64,000 bases of DNA from Longimicrobiales bacterium (GCA_965238005.1 OZ250165.1:4416001-4480000), one strand, 5' to 3'; positions 1-10,662 are shown, numbered from the stretch's first letter. Program-made: numbers and translations. The notes: generated by a model not told the origin, from the letters alone.

Positions 1-757
1 CCGTCGCCCTCATGGTCGGGATGAGCGCGCCGTGGTCCCCGTACTCCGACAGGTCTTTGGTCATCTCCGAGTCGTACGCATCCAGGAAGCGCTGGTAGAA
101 CGCCCGCGCGCTGGCCGAGTCGCCCAGCGCCAGCGAGGCGTCCGCCGCCCCCGCAAGACCCAAGAGGTGGTCCGGCTGCTCGACCAAAATCTCCTCCGCT
201 GACCCGAGGGCGTCATCGTTCAGGGAGCCCTGGAGACGCAGCGTGACAAGGTGGAACTTCCCGTCCGCATCCAGGTCCTCGACGATCTCGTGGGCCCTGA
301 TGGCCATGGGCAGGAAGTTCCTCACTTCCGTGTCGTCCCCTGCCGACGCCGCGGTCATGACGCGGTTGAACAGGCGATCGGCCGCCTGCCGAGGCGTCAT
401 GGACGAGAGGTCCACGCTGGAAGCGCCAGCAGGTGCTGGGGCCGGCGGGGATCCCGGCGACGCCCGACCCGGACCGTAGACCGGGTAGGTGACCACCAGG
501 ATGAGGCCCACCATCAGCGCTCCTGCCATGTACCAGACCGCCTGACTCGCCGGACCCTCTCTGGAGGCGGCTCCGCCGGGGCCCGCCTCCCCACCCGCGC
601 CACCGACACCGGCGATAGCCGTCCCGCACTGGTTGCAGAAGCGTGCGCTGGCCGAAGGCTCATGACCGCACTTCGGGCACGGCGTGGCCCCGAGGGCTGC
701 TCCGCAGTCGGAGCAGAATCGCCCAGCAGCCTCGGATCCACAGTTCGGGCATTTCAT
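1..757 (-). CDS. Double zinc-ribbon / TM / TPR-like protein (3' end outside window)
   Basis: Manual translation from ATG 757 (SD GGAGG): MKCPNCG..FCSDCG..CPKCG..FCNQCG, then a hydrophobic helix (VWYMAGALMVGLILVV) and a helical C-terminal part; frame open to the window edge. Confidence 0.8.
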   Translation of the reverse strand, partial: MKCPNCGSEAAGRFCSDCGAALGATPCPKCGHEPSASARFCNQCGTAIAGVGGAGGEAGPGGAASREGPASQAVWYMAGALMVGLILVVTYPVYGPGRASPGSPPAPAPAGASSVDLSSMTPRQAADRLFNRVMTAASAGDDTEVRNFLPMAIRAHEIVEDLDADGKFHLVTLRLQGSLNDDALGSAEEILVEQPDHLLGLAGAADASLALGDSASARAFYQRFLDAYDSEMTKDLSEYGDHGALIPTMRAT

Positions 758-784
758 CCGCTACCTCCTGCCCTCGGTTCGGGG

Positions 785-3106
785 TCAGTCGCCCGCGCCG
801 GGATTCATGGCGTTGAAGAGGAGCGGCCACGTCGCCACCGTCTGGCCCCGGTAGTTGGGCTGGAACCCTATCAGGACCACCGACCCGCTCCCCACCGACA
901 CCTCCACCATGGCGGCTTTCCCCGCAAGGTGCTCGGGGCCGAGGATCCAGCCCGACCGCACGGGATTCCCCTCGCTGTACCGGGCGGTCACCTGGACGTC
1001 GGGATCCTGGACGTCGAAGGCCCGGCTGCTCCCCCAGTACCAGACCGCCACCGACTCACCCATCCCCCGGTTCAGGCGATGCTCGGTGTCGAGTCGTATC
1101 TCCAGAATGGAGCCCGGAACGTAGAAGTCCCGGGACTCCAGACGCTCCACCGCATTGGAGACCCCGAGGTCGAAGAGGTCGGCCACGAGCTCCGTCGCCT
1201 CCTCGATGGCCACGATTCGGCCTCCCTCGTTCACGAACGCCTCCAGTGCCTGTAGGCCCTCCTCACCCAGGCCTCCCACATATGGCTCCGGCAGGGTGCC
1301 GCGGTCGTACCCCTCGGCGATGGAGCTGGGGCTCTGGTCCTGGAGCACGATGACGTCGTAGTCCCTCCGGAGGGCGCCCTCCCTGACCCGGGCGTCTTTC
1401 AGGGTGTCGTACTGCAGCTCATGCTGGTCGAACACCCAGCGCGTCCATCCGCCCTCCATGGGCTCCTGCCAGGACTTGTACAGCGCGATCCTGGGCGCGC
1501 CGCTTCCCCGCAGATCCGACGGGAGGTCGAAGGCGAAATCGGGCGTGGGAATGGGATCACCCTCGATGAGGGCGTCCAGGCCCGGCTGCACGTCTTCGAC
1601 GGCCATGGCCTCCACGTTCATGAGGAGCGGCAGCGTGTGCGCCGTTACGTCGTAGGGAGGCCGCGGAGGTCCGCCCGGATACTCCCGGAGATCCGGATAG
1701 TGCTGCACCTCCAGGAGGGTCTGGGCGAAGGACGCGTACGGCTGATTCATCGGGATCACGTAGGTGCCCGCGGCGTAGCGGTTTCCGTCCGCCCGGAAGG
1801 CCCGCGACGCCCGATGCACCTCGACGTCGCCCATGCGCAGGATGCGCAGAACGTACGCCAGCCCGCCCGGGTTCCCTTGCTCGGCGGGAAGGACCCACGC
1901 ACTGGGCCACTCGTCCCAACCGTTCACGGCCCGCTCGTTGATCCTGTAGAAATTCTCGAGCCAGAATAGACGGTTCTTCGCCGCGTTGCTGAGGAGCGCC
2001 ATGGCGCCCGCGTCCTGGTAGTCCACGATGTCCGGAAGCCCCCACTCCCCTCCGCGCCACGGGTTCGGGTAGTTGGCCGAGGCGACCGCCGCGTCGTATC
2101 CCCGGCCGCCACCGATCATGTCGGGATCGACGGTCACCGAGGTCGCGATTCGGGCCGACGCCGTCTCGGACAAGATCCGGGCCCCGCCGTGGTAGTGCTG
2201 GTAGGCCCGCGCCGGGGTGAAGCCGTCGTAGATGGCGTTCATGACCACGCCGTCCTTGCCCTGGGCGGTGAGCTCCGCGGCCATGTAGGTACCCAGCATG
2301 TTGACGGCCGTCACGAGGCCGGGGTCCACGTTATGCTCGATGGGATCGATGTACGGCGGGAAGAAGATGCGGGCGCCTCGGCCCCCCATCTGGTGGATGT
2401 CGTGCACGACCTGTGGATGCCACGCATTGTGGGCCCCCAAGACCGTATGCTGGGTCTCCTTCTGCGTGAACGCGTACCAGTCCCGGTTGTTGTCGTGGCC
2501 CACGTAGTAGTGGTACAGCCAGGGCATGGGCGCAGCCTCGTACTCCGTGTCGAGCCACTGATTGTACCAATCCACCACCCACTCCGTCCCGTCCGGGTTG
2601 AGGGAGGGGATGTCGAGGAGAATGACGTTGTCGAGGATCTCCCGGACCTTCGGCTCGTCGGACGAGGCGAGGCGATGAGCCAGCCGGGCGGCCGTCTGGG
2701 CACCCCCCACCTCCGTAGAGTGGATGGCGTGCGTGATGAGCACAACGGCTCGGCCGGTCTCCAGGAGGCGTGCGAGCTCCTCCTCGCCTGAAACCTGGCG
2801 CGGATCCGAGAGCTTCATCTGGATGGCGTGAAGCTCGTCGATGCGAGCCTGGTTCCCCTCACTCGTTATGGTGAGCATCACGAACGGACGACCCATGGTC
2901 GTCGCTCCGAGCGTGTCTATTGTTACCCGTTGACTCGTTTGGGCCAGTTCTTCGTAGTACGAAGTGAGCTCGGTCCAGTTCGCCAGCTTCCGCTCGGCGC
3001 CGATATCGAAACCGAAGTGGGATCGGGGCGTCGGAACGCTCTGAGCCGCGAGCAGGCTCACAGCGACGAATGAGAGGACTGGGCCAGTCAGGAACCGGTA
3101 GGACAC
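785..3106 (-). CDS. M14 family zinc carboxypeptidase with C-terminal class I glutamine-amidotransferase-like domain, secreted
   Basis: HSTE zinc motif, NPDG, DNNRD, DIHQ; signal peptide after GTG 3106 with SD GGAGGAG. Confidence 0.85.
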   Translation of the reverse strand: MSYRFLTGPVLSFVAVSLLAAQSVPTPRSHFGFDIGAERKLANWTELTSYYEELAQTSQRVTIDTLGATTMGRPFVMLTITSEGNQARIDELHAIQMKLSDPRQVSGEEELARLLETGRAVVLITHAIHSTEVGGAQTAARLAHRLASSDEPKVREILDNVILLDIPSLNPDGTEWVVDWYNQWLDTEYEAAPMPWLYHYYVGHDNNRDWYAFTQKETQHTVLGAHNAWHPQVVHDIHQMGGRGARIFFPPYIDPIEHNVDPGLVTAVNMLGTYMAAELTAQGKDGVVMNAIYDGFTPARAYQHYHGGARILSETASARIATSVTVDPDMIGGGRGYDAAVASANYPNPWRGGEWGLPDIVDYQDAGAMALLSNAAKNRLFWLENFYRINERAVNGWDEWPSAWVLPAEQGNPGGLAYVLRILRMGDVEVHRASRAFRADGNRYAAGTYVIPMNQPYASFAQTLLEVQHYPDLREYPGGPPRPPYDVTAHTLPLLMNVEAMAVEDVQPGLDALIEGDPIPTPDFAFDLPSDLRGSGAPRIALYKSWQEPMEGGWTRWVFDQHELQYDTLKDARVREGALRRDYDVIVLQDQSPSSIAEGYDRGTLPEPYVGGLGEEGLQALEAFVNEGGRIVAIEEATELVADLFDLGVSNAVERLESRDFYVPGSILEIRLDTEHRLNRGMGESVAVWYWGSSRAFDVQDPDVQVTARYSEGNPVRSGWILGPEHLAGKAAMVEVSVGSGSVVLIGFQPNYRGQTVATWPLLFNAMNPGAGD

Positions 3107-3204
3107 GTGATCTCCTCCAAGGATGTACGGCCGGGGGCGAATGGTGATCGTACCCACGAGCCATACCGGGGGCAACCTCCCGTGAAGGAAAGGTTTACGA
3201 CGCC

Positions 3205-5319
3205 ATGACCACCGCTCTCGGCCCCTTCCTCCTAGCCGCTTCGCTCCAGGTCGTCCCGCCTGCCTCCGCACCACCGGACACGTACCGGGATGAGGGAGTC
3301 CGGTCGATTCTGGCCAGCGCCATCGCCGCCCGCGAGCGCGACATGGAGGGGATCCTCAGCTATGAGGGCGTCGCCCGTGAGAGGGTCTACGTGGGCTTGA
3401 AGGTGGCCCGCTTCCGGCGCGAGCGGGGCCTCTTCGAAGGGGAGCGGGTGGCCCGGATCCGCTGGGTGCGGGGTGGCGATCGCTACGTGGAGTGGATCGG
3501 TGCCCGCTACCAGGTGCCGCTGGTGGGAAACAGCCCCGAGATCCAGGCCGAGATCAACGCGGACATGGGGGACGACCTCTTGAGCGACGGGCCGGTCGCC
3601 CTCGATTTCGACCCGTGGGACGATCGCATGCTCTTCGGAGACGAGTGGCTTCTCCATCCCCTCTCCGACTCCGCCGCCCTCCACTATCGATTCGCCTCAG
3701 GCGATACGCTCCGCCTGTCTCTCCCCATGCAGGATCGGGCCATAACCATGATCGAGGTGCAGGTCGAGCCCAGGAGGCCCGACATCCACCTGGTGGCCGG
3801 CTCCCTGTGGTTCGACCAGGACTCGGGGAGCCTGGTCCGGGCGAGCTACAAGCCGGCGCGACCTTTCGACTTGGAGCTCATCGAGCCCGAGGACGCCGAC
3901 GAGGTCCCTGGTCTCCTCAAACCCGTCACTGCCGAGATCGACTACGTCACCGTGGAGTACAGCCTCCACGAGTTCCGTTACTGGCTGCCGCGGCGGTTCG
4001 CCCTGGAGGGCGAGGCCTCCCTCGGACGCTTTCTCCACATCCCCATTACGGTGGAGTGGACCGTGACCGGGTATCGCGTGAACGAGGAATCCGAGATGCC
4101 CATCGCACGCCCCCTCCCTCCCGGCTGGACACGGACCGAGCAGCGACGAGATCGGGACGGCCAAATCAGCTACCTGACCGTCCTCATGCCCCCGGCCGAC
4201 TCCGTCATCAACTCGCCTGAGCTCTCCGAGGCCGCGGTCGAGCGCGCGCCCGCGGCGTTCAGCGACAGCGAGATCGACGAGCTCCGGGGCGAGCTCGAGG
4301 ACCTTCTGCCCTCGCAGGCCCGGCCTGGCGTCGAGTGGGTGTACGGCCTCCGTGATGGCATGGCCCGCTACAACCGCATCGAGGGGCTGAGTTTCGGCTC
4401 CTCGGGCACCCTCCCCTTGCCCCATCGCTTCAGCGTTCAGGCCCAGGGACGCATCGGCACAGCGGACCGGGAGCCCAGGGGGGAGCTCACCTTCTTCCGG
4501 GGAGAGCGCGATCGAGGGTGGGCCCTCACCGGATACCGCCGCCTCGACTTCGGATCCGACTGGGCTCGGCCTCTGGAGTTCACCCGGTCGGTGAGCAACC
4601 TGGTCGGCGGCAACGACCAGGGCGCCTTCTTCGACGCCCTCGGTGTGGAGCTCAGCCGGGTCTCGACAGGCCGGGCTTCGCGAAGGACGCTCCGCCTGTT
4701 CTTCGAGGAGCACCGGGCGGTGTCCAAGGAGACGGACTTCTACCTCCAACGCGCCATCGGGCCCGACGACCACATGCCGGAAAACATCACGGCCGTGGAG
4801 GGGTCCGTGTACGGAGGCGAGCTCGAGCTCCGGGGACACAAGGGCGTCGACCCCGCCGGTCTCATGCTCTCGGGCCGCATCGTCCTCGAGGGCGCCGCCG
4901 GCGACTTCGAGTACTGGCGGTGGATGACCAGCGGCGCGTTGTCACATCCCTTCCCCTTCCGCCTCGTAGGAGCCGTGGAGGCCGGGCTGGGTATGTCTGC
5001 CGCCGACACTCCGATCCAGCGGCACTTCTATCTAGGTGGACCCGAGACGTTTCGGGGGTTGCTCACGGGTGACCTGAGCGGCAGCGCCTTCTGGTTCGCG
5101 CGGACAGAGATCGCCAATGACGTCGCGGCGGCGCGGGTGGTGGCCTTCGCCGACTTCGCGTGGACCGGGCACGAGGAGAGGTTCGACACGAATGGATTCG
5201 CCTCATCAGTGGGAGTCGGAGGATCACTCTTGGACGGGCTCATCCGTATCGACCTGGCCCACGTGCTGAAGGGTGAGGACGGGACCCGGCTGCACTTCTA
5301 TTTTGACGGGCTGTTCTAG
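3205..5319 (+). CDS. Outer-membrane beta-barrel protein (Omp85/TamA-like C-terminus)
   Basis: Signal peptide, RYNRIEG, FYLGG..RG, C-terminal Phe. Confidence 0.6.
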   Translation: MTTALGPFLLAASLQVVPPASAPPDTYRDEGVRSILASAIAARERDMEGILSYEGVARERVYVGLKVARFRRERGLFEGERVARIRWVRGGDRYVEWIGARYQVPLVGNSPEIQAEINADMGDDLLSDGPVALDFDPWDDRMLFGDEWLLHPLSDSAALHYRFASGDTLRLSLPMQDRAITMIEVQVEPRRPDIHLVAGSLWFDQDSGSLVRASYKPARPFDLELIEPEDADEVPGLLKPVTAEIDYVTVEYSLHEFRYWLPRRFALEGEASLGRFLHIPITVEWTVTGYRVNEESEMPIARPLPPGWTRTEQRRDRDGQISYLTVLMPPADSVINSPELSEAAVERAPAAFSDSEIDELRGELEDLLPSQARPGVEWVYGLRDGMARYNRIEGLSFGSSGTLPLPHRFSVQAQGRIGTADREPRGELTFFRGERDRGWALTGYRRLDFGSDWARPLEFTRSVSNLVGGNDQGAFFDALGVELSRVSTGRASRRTLRLFFEEHRAVSKETDFYLQRAIGPDDHMPENITAVEGSVYGGELELRGHKGVDPAGLMLSGRIVLEGAAGDFEYWRWMTSGALSHPFPFRLVGAVEAGLGMSAADTPIQRHFYLGGPETFRGLLTGDLSGSAFWFARTEIANDVAAARVVAFADFAWTGHEERFDTNGFASSVGVGGSLLDGLIRIDLAHVLKGEDGTRLHFYFDGLF

Positions 5320-6068
5320 AGCCCCGTGGGGGCGTCAATGAACTCCCAGGGGATGCCGAAGCGGTCCTCGATGTGCGCGGCCAGGGCCTTCACTCCCCAC
5401 GTCTCCGTGGCATAGTGTCCCGCATAGAGCGCGTTCACCCCGAACTCCATGGCGTCGTTGTACGTGTGGTGGGACCCTTCTCCTGTCAGGAGGGCATCGA
5501 GGCCGAACGCCGCGGCCTCCGGAATGAGACTCGCGGCCGCGCCGGTGACCACTCCGACCCGGTAGACGTGCTCGGGCCCACCCGGAATGACCCGGACCGG
5601 ACCCCCAACTACCTCCTCGACATGCGTCGCCAGCGCGTCCCGCTCCGAATCAACCTCGCACCACCAACCGAATTCACGCCCCTGGTAGCTCCCGAAGCGG
5701 CCGGCGGGCTCCCAGCCCAGCTCTCTGCATAGCACGGCGCAGTTGCCCACCTGGACGTGAGCGTCCAGCGGCAAGTGGCATCCGTAGAGGGCCGTGCTCC
5801 CCTGAATGAGGGATCGCAGCTTCCTGAAGCGAGGTCCGGTCACGCGGGTGCGCCCGTCCCAGAAGAGGCCGTGGTGCACGATGAGCAGGTCTACGCCCTG
5901 GTCGACCGCCTCCAGGATCACGCCCTCGCTGGCGTCCACGGCCACGGCCACGCGCTCCACCTCCGAGGGCCCCTCCACCTGCAGACCGTTGTGGGCGGAT
6001 CCGTAGTCCGGAAAGTCCTCTACCTCCAGGTATTCATCAAGATACTGGAGCAAAGATTCTAATTTCAT
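5316..6068 (-). CDS. Nif3/YbgI-like dinuclear metal-centre protein
   Basis: NGLQVEG, HHG, HLPLDAH, GHYATE motifs. Confidence 0.9.
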   Translation of the reverse strand: MKLESLLQYLDEYLEVEDFPDYGSAHNGLQVEGPSEVERVAVAVDASEGVILEAVDQGVDLLIVHHGLFWDGRTRVTGPRFRKLRSLIQGSTALYGCHLPLDAHVQVGNCAVLCRELGWEPAGRFGSYQGREFGWWCEVDSERDALATHVEEVVGGPVRVIPGGPEHVYRVGVVTGAAASLIPEAAAFGLDALLTGEGSHHTYNDAMEFGVNALYAGHYATETWGVKALAAHIEDRFGIPWEFIDAPTGL

Positions 6069-6290
6069 CGACGAAAGCCGAGGAAGTGTGGAAAAATCGG
6101 GACTCTACGGCTCTCAGACCTGGGACACGCCCGGGAACAATTACCGTAACCCACTACGCCGCACCAACATAACAGGCGTTTCCACAGTTGTGGAAAGACT
6201 ACGTCGGCCGCGTCGTCGGGGCCTGCGGCGGCATCTGGCCCGGGAGGTCTTTGCCCTGGGCCGGCGGTGGTGTGGGTTGCTCGTCCGGGT

Positions 6291-6857
6291 TCATCCCGGC
6301 GACGTGTCGGGCGATGCCAGGGGCCTCGGCCTCCCGCGCGACGCCGACGCGCTGGACGCGCCTCCATGGGCCACGCCACCTGGAACTGGAGCCGGGCCGC
6401 CGGGGATCCCTTGACCTCCGGCATCACCTTCCGGTGTGCCCTCACCGGCTGCCTCCTCACGAGTGGAAGCCTGCGCTTGGGCCTTGGGCCGAGATTCGCC
6501 CACGGACACCTGGCCCTGGAGGGTTGCGCCCTCCTCGAGCTGCATTCGCCGTGTATCGATCTCACCCGAAATGTGGCCCGTGGACTGCACCTCCAGGCGC
6601 GACTCCGCATGGACCGATCCGAGAGCCCGACCGGCGATGACGGCGTCCTGGGTGTAGATGTTGCCATCCACCAGCCCTTCCTTGCAAATGACGACGGCCT
6701 TGCCGGCCCGAACATCGCCCTTGACCGTACCCTCGATCCTCACAGCGCCGTCCGTCTCACAGTGGCCCATCAGCGTCATGCCCATGCCGATGATGGAGAT
6801 GACCGCTTCGGGGGGCGTGGCTGGCGTGGCTGGCGTAGTCTTGTTGATCCTGGCCAT
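6291..6857 (-). CDS. Bactofilin (polymer-forming cytoskeletal protein)
   Basis: SIIG.GMT..G...DGAVRIEG.V.G beta-helix repeats; low-complexity tail. Confidence 0.85.
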   Translation of the reverse strand: MARINKTTPATPATPPEAVISIIGMGMTLMGHCETDGAVRIEGTVKGDVRAGKAVVICKEGLVDGNIYTQDAVIAGRALGSVHAESRLEVQSTGHISGEIDTRRMQLEEGATLQGQVSVGESRPKAQAQASTREEAAGEGTPEGDAGGQGIPGGPAPVPGGVAHGGASSASASRGRPRPLASPDTSPG

Positions 6858-6880
6858 AACGTCCGCTTTCCTTACCAATT

Positions 6881-7639
6881 TCAAGGCTGTTGCACCAGTT
6901 CGAGGGGATCGACCGCGGCTCCCTCGAGGAGAATTTCGAAGTGAAGATGAGGGGCGGTAGACCGCCCTGTCGACCCGGTGAACCCGATCACCTCGTTCTT
7001 CCGAACGACCTCGCCGAGCCACACCGCCGTAACTGAAGCATGGGCATAGAGAGTCTCGTACCCGTTTCCGTGCTCGACACGGACGTAGCGTCCGTACGTA
7101 GCGTCCTCCCCGACATCGACGACCTGGCCCGCACCGGCCGCTCTAATATATGAGCCCGTCGGGATGGCGATGTCCAGTCCCGGATGCGCTTGGTCCTCGT
7201 CGTCCAGGCGCCCCTGGGTGACGAATCCCCGCTCAGTGAGCGGCCAGCTGTCGGGAACGCTGGCGCCGCTCACGTCTCTGGTGGAGGAGCGGCTCACGGA
7301 CGTGGACGGCGGCAGCCACAGCGCGGACGGAGCTCCCGTGCCGTCGGGCGCGAAGAGCGCACGAAGACCTTCGTATTCCTCCTCCAGATCGTCGAGCTGG
7401 CGGACGAGGGCCGGGAAGCGGGCTTGATCCGCCCGGAGAGCGGCCACCTCCGCCTCGAGCTCCACGACGTGGGCGACCCGGGCAGCCATGTATCCCCAGG
7501 TGACGATCACGAAGACGAGGATCACGCCGAGACCGATCCCCAGGCCCCTGATAATCCGGAGACGCCTGAGCTCGATCTCGTACGTGCGACTCTCGCTCCC
7601 GTCGGGGATCAGGACGATCCTCAGAATCGGCTCGGTCAC
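6881..7639 (-). CDS. M23 family peptidoglycan endopeptidase with TM and coiled coil
   Basis: HPGLD, YAH, GSTGRSTAPHLHFEI. Confidence 0.9.
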   Translation of the reverse strand: MTEPILRIVLIPDGSESRTYEIELRRLRIIRGLGIGLGVILVFVIVTWGYMAARVAHVVELEAEVAALRADQARFPALVRQLDDLEEEYEGLRALFAPDGTGAPSALWLPPSTSVSRSSTRDVSGASVPDSWPLTERGFVTQGRLDDEDQAHPGLDIAIPTGSYIRAAGAGQVVDVGEDATYGRYVRVEHGNGYETLYAHASVTAVWLGEVVRKNEVIGFTGSTGRSTAPHLHFEILLEGAAVDPLELVQQP

Positions 7640-8532
7640 GACACCACCTCGGACGCGTCACGACCGGTGATGACCTCGAACACGCGCTCGAAGTCCTCCG
7701 AGCTGCGGTACGGGATCTCGATGACCCCCGCGCCCCCGCGCCCCACCCGAACGTGAGCCCGGGTGGCCAGGGCCACGCGGAGCTCCTCCTCCAGCGCCCG
7801 GACGACGGGGTCGCGGGTCGCGCCCGATCGGGGACCCGACTTTTTCTTGGGCGCTCCACTCCGGACACGCCGCTCCACCTCCCGGACCGACCAGCCGGAC
7901 TGGACCGTACGACGGGCGAGCTCGGCCAGCTGCACGGGATCGCTCACGCCCAGGAGAGCCCGGGCGTGACCGGTGGTGAGGTCCCCGCTTTCCACCAGCT
8001 TGCGCACGGAGACAGGGAGCTGCAGCAAGCGCAGCATGTTTGCCACGGTCGAGCGACTCTTGCCCACCGACCGAGCGATGGCCGCGTGGCTCAGCCCATG
8101 CTGGGCCTCCAACGCCTGGTAGCCCTCAGCCTCTTCGATGGGATTCAACGCCTCGCGCTGGAGGTTCTCCACAAGGGCGAGAACCAGGAGAGTGTCGTCA
8201 TCGACCTGGCGAGTCACCGCCGGGACGTCCTCCCATCCGAGCCGCCGTACCGCTCGAAGGCGTCTCTCCCCCACCACCAGCTCGTATCGGTCTCGAGCCC
8301 CAGGGGCGGGGCGGACCAACAGGGGTTGGAGGAGCCCGTTCTCATCGATGGAGCGGGCCAACTCGTCCAGCTCGGAATCGGAGAAGATTCTCCGGGGCTG
8401 CTTGGGGTTCGGAACGATTGCGGCCACGGGCAGGCGGTGGGCTTCGGCGCCTGTGCCGGCAGGGTCCATGTAGTCACCGAGAAGGGCCCCGAGGCCTTTG
8501 CCCAACCGATCCTTCTTCACAGGGGGACTCAC
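7636..8532 (-). CDS. parB: Chromosome partitioning protein ParB
   Basis: LGKGLGALL N-terminus, NPKQPR, GERRLRA, ENLQRE, HTH. Confidence 0.95.
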   Translation of the reverse strand: MSPPVKKDRLGKGLGALLGDYMDPAGTGAEAHRLPVAAIVPNPKQPRRIFSDSELDELARSIDENGLLQPLLVRPAPGARDRYELVVGERRLRAVRRLGWEDVPAVTRQVDDDTLLVLALVENLQREALNPIEEAEGYQALEAQHGLSHAAIARSVGKSRSTVANMLRLLQLPVSVRKLVESGDLTTGHARALLGVSDPVQLAELARRTVQSGWSVREVERRVRSGAPKKKSGPRSGATRDPVVRALEEELRVALATRAHVRVGRGGAGVIEIPYRSSEDFERVFEVITGRDASEVVS

Positions 8533-8571
8533 CGGCCTTTGTCCTCCGATCGAGGTACGGCTAACACGACT

Positions 8572-9351
8572 CTACGCCGCTACAGGTCCGCGTCCCATCA
8601 GGAGCTCCTTCGCTAGAGCCAGATAGCTCTGGGCGCCCTGTGAAAGCACGTCGTACTGCACGATGGGCTGACCGAAGGACGGAGCCTCGGCCAGGCGAAC
8701 GTTACGAGGGATCGCCGTGCGGTAGACACGATCCCGGAAGTACTCGCGGGCCTCCGCCGCGACCTGACGAGAAAGATTCAGGCGGCGGTCGAACATGGTG
8801 AGGAGCACCCCCTCGATCTCGAGCCCGGGATTCAGGGCCCGCTGTACGAGTCGCACGGTGTTCAGGAGCTGACTCAGACCCTCCAGAGCGAAGAACTCGC
8901 ACTGTATCGGAATCAACACCGAGTCTGCCGCCGTGAGCGTGTTGAGGGTCAGCAGGCCCAGGGAAGGGGGACAATCCACCAGGATATAGTCGTAATCGGC
9001 CCGTATCGACTCCAGGGCCCGACGGAAAACCGTCTCTCGACTCAGGGCCCCCACGAGCTCGATCTCGGCTCCCACGAGGTCCCGGGTGCTGGGCATGAGG
9101 TCCAGGAACGGGAACTGAAGCGCCTCGATTACGGCTTCCTTCGCCTCCCGCCCCCCTATGAGGACGTCGTAGATCGTGACGAGCTCCGGATGATCCTCGA
9201 TTCCGAGGCCGCTGGTGGCATTCCCCTGGGGATCCATATCGATCACCAGGGTGCGACACTCGGCTACGGCGAGGGAGGCGCCGAGGTTGATGGCGGTCGT
9301 GGTCTTGCCGACCCCACCCTTCTGGTTGGCGATTGCGATGACGCGCGACAT
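8572..9351 (-). CDS. parA: Chromosome partitioning ATPase ParA/Soj
   Basis: NQKGGVGKTT, DPQGNAT, DCPPSL, EAPSFG. Confidence 0.95.
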   Translation of the reverse strand: MSRVIAIANQKGGVGKTTTAINLGASLAVAECRTLVIDMDPQGNATSGLGIEDHPELVTIYDVLIGGREAKEAVIEALQFPFLDLMPSTRDLVGAEIELVGALSRETVFRRALESIRADYDYILVDCPPSLGLLTLNTLTAADSVLIPIQCEFFALEGLSQLLNTVRLVQRALNPGLEIEGVLLTMFDRRLNLSRQVAAEAREYFRDRVYRTAIPRNVRLAEAPSFGQPIVQYDVLSQGAQSYLALAKELLMGRGPVAA

Positions 9352-9533
9352 GCATGGACCGTTGGGATGTGAATCCTACGGGCGAGGTTCGTGAATATAC
9401 TCCCAGCGCAACACCCGGTAAAGCGAAGCCCGGCTGTTCCGCCGGCTCCCGCCGGGTGATAGATTCAGGCCCCAAGGCACCCGAAAGAGGAGCCTGCCGG
9501 CTCTGGAGGATCCGCCACAAGGCAGTATCACCC

Positions 9534-9930
9534 ATGACCCGAATCCCTCGCTCCGTCGCCCGATTGTCCGCTCTGACGCTGGCATTTGTCGCCTCAGGCC
9601 GCGGTGGCGACGACGATTCGACGGGTCCCCAGGTCAATCCGGACTTGATGGTGGGGGAGTGGATCGCCGAGTCGATGGTGGTGACGAGCAAGGCGAACCC
9701 CGAAGTCGCACCCGATATCACCGTTTTCGGGGCCACCTTCACCCTCTCCGTGCAGCCCTCCGGGCGCTACCTGGCCATTCTCGCCGGATACGGCCAATCC
9801 TCTAGCGAGTCCGGTGCCCTGACGGTGGAGGGCTAATACGTCATCTTCATGAGGCGGCTCCCCAGCCCCGAGGAGTCGAGAGCCCCCTGGGAGCGGGCGG
9901 GTTCGTCGGTGATCCTCGGGGGCGAAGATA
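9534..9930 (+). pseudogene. Degraded lipocalin-like lipoprotein gene
   Basis: Signal-like N-terminus with Arg at the expected lipobox Cys (VASGR), MVGEW motif; in-frame TAA at 9834-9836 with protein-like sequence continuing, then breaking off near 9930. Confidence 0.5.
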
Positions 9931-9971
9931 GTTCCCCGGTAGCTATCGCTCCCATCCAGCCATTCATCCCT

Positions 9972-10015
9972 TGTTTCACGTGAAACGGACCAGTGTTGGT
10001 GTTTCACGTGAAACA
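9972..10015. promoter_or_regulatory. Two parS sites
   Basis: TGTTTCACGTGAAACG (9972-9987) and perfect TGTTTCACGTGAAACA (10000-10015), about 0.6 kb upstream of parA. Confidence 0.95.
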
Positions 10016-10351
10016 GCTAAGGCAAGGTAATCTTGCGTCGAGCTGCTCTTAGGAGAGGTATACGTATCTTTGGCTATCTAATATACGTACGCAGTTCGCC
10101 CCCTCGCCCTCTGCTTCCTCTCGCCGATGAACGCGGTCCCCTCCTGAGCAAACCTTCGCTGTTCCACAGCTCGAAGGGCTCACCTACTACGTCGCGAATA
10201 CCGAGTTGCTCATGCTGGTCACCAACTTCTTCGCGGATCGGTGATGTTACCGGTGACAAACCCCACGGTTTCTGACGGTTGCTGGCGGTTGTTGGAAATC
10301 CGAAAGCCTAATGTCTAGGCGGGTTTCTGTTGCTAGTGGTTGACCGTCTAT

Positions 10352-10397
10352 TGCTTTGCGCAAGCCAGAGGTCGCCGGTTCGATCCCGGCTGGCGCC
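10352..10397 (+). other. Degenerate 3' half of a tRNA (Ala-TGC-like), probable att relic
   Basis: GCTTTGC(GC)AAGCCAG-AGGTC-GCCGG-TTCGATC-CCGGC-TGGCGCC has an intact T-arm; no 5' half. Confidence 0.65.
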
Positions 10398-10574
10398 GCT
10401 GATATAAAGCGTTGTGATATATAGCGTTATGTGATCTGATGCCACCGACGCCAGGCGCAAAGGCAGTGATCCAGGTGAGAATCCGTAGGTGACGATTGGC
10501 CAGGATCATGATTGCGCTCGGGGCTCGTGGACACGGCAGCCCTGATGTCGCTCATGGCCGCCATCGGTTTGGTG

Positions 10575-10662
10575 CTCCGGCCTATGATCTTCGCCTCCGG
10601 AAACGCTTCCCGGACGCGCATCACGACTCCGATGCCGTTCATGTTGGGCATGTAGACGTCCC
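10575..10662 (-). pseudogene. Response-regulator receiver-domain fragment
   Basis: DVYMPNMNGIGVVMRVREAFPEAKII. Confidence 0.55.

Noticed and set aside
10352..10397. Functional tRNA gene
   Set aside because: No D-arm or 5' acceptor strand; anticodon loop carries an extra GC
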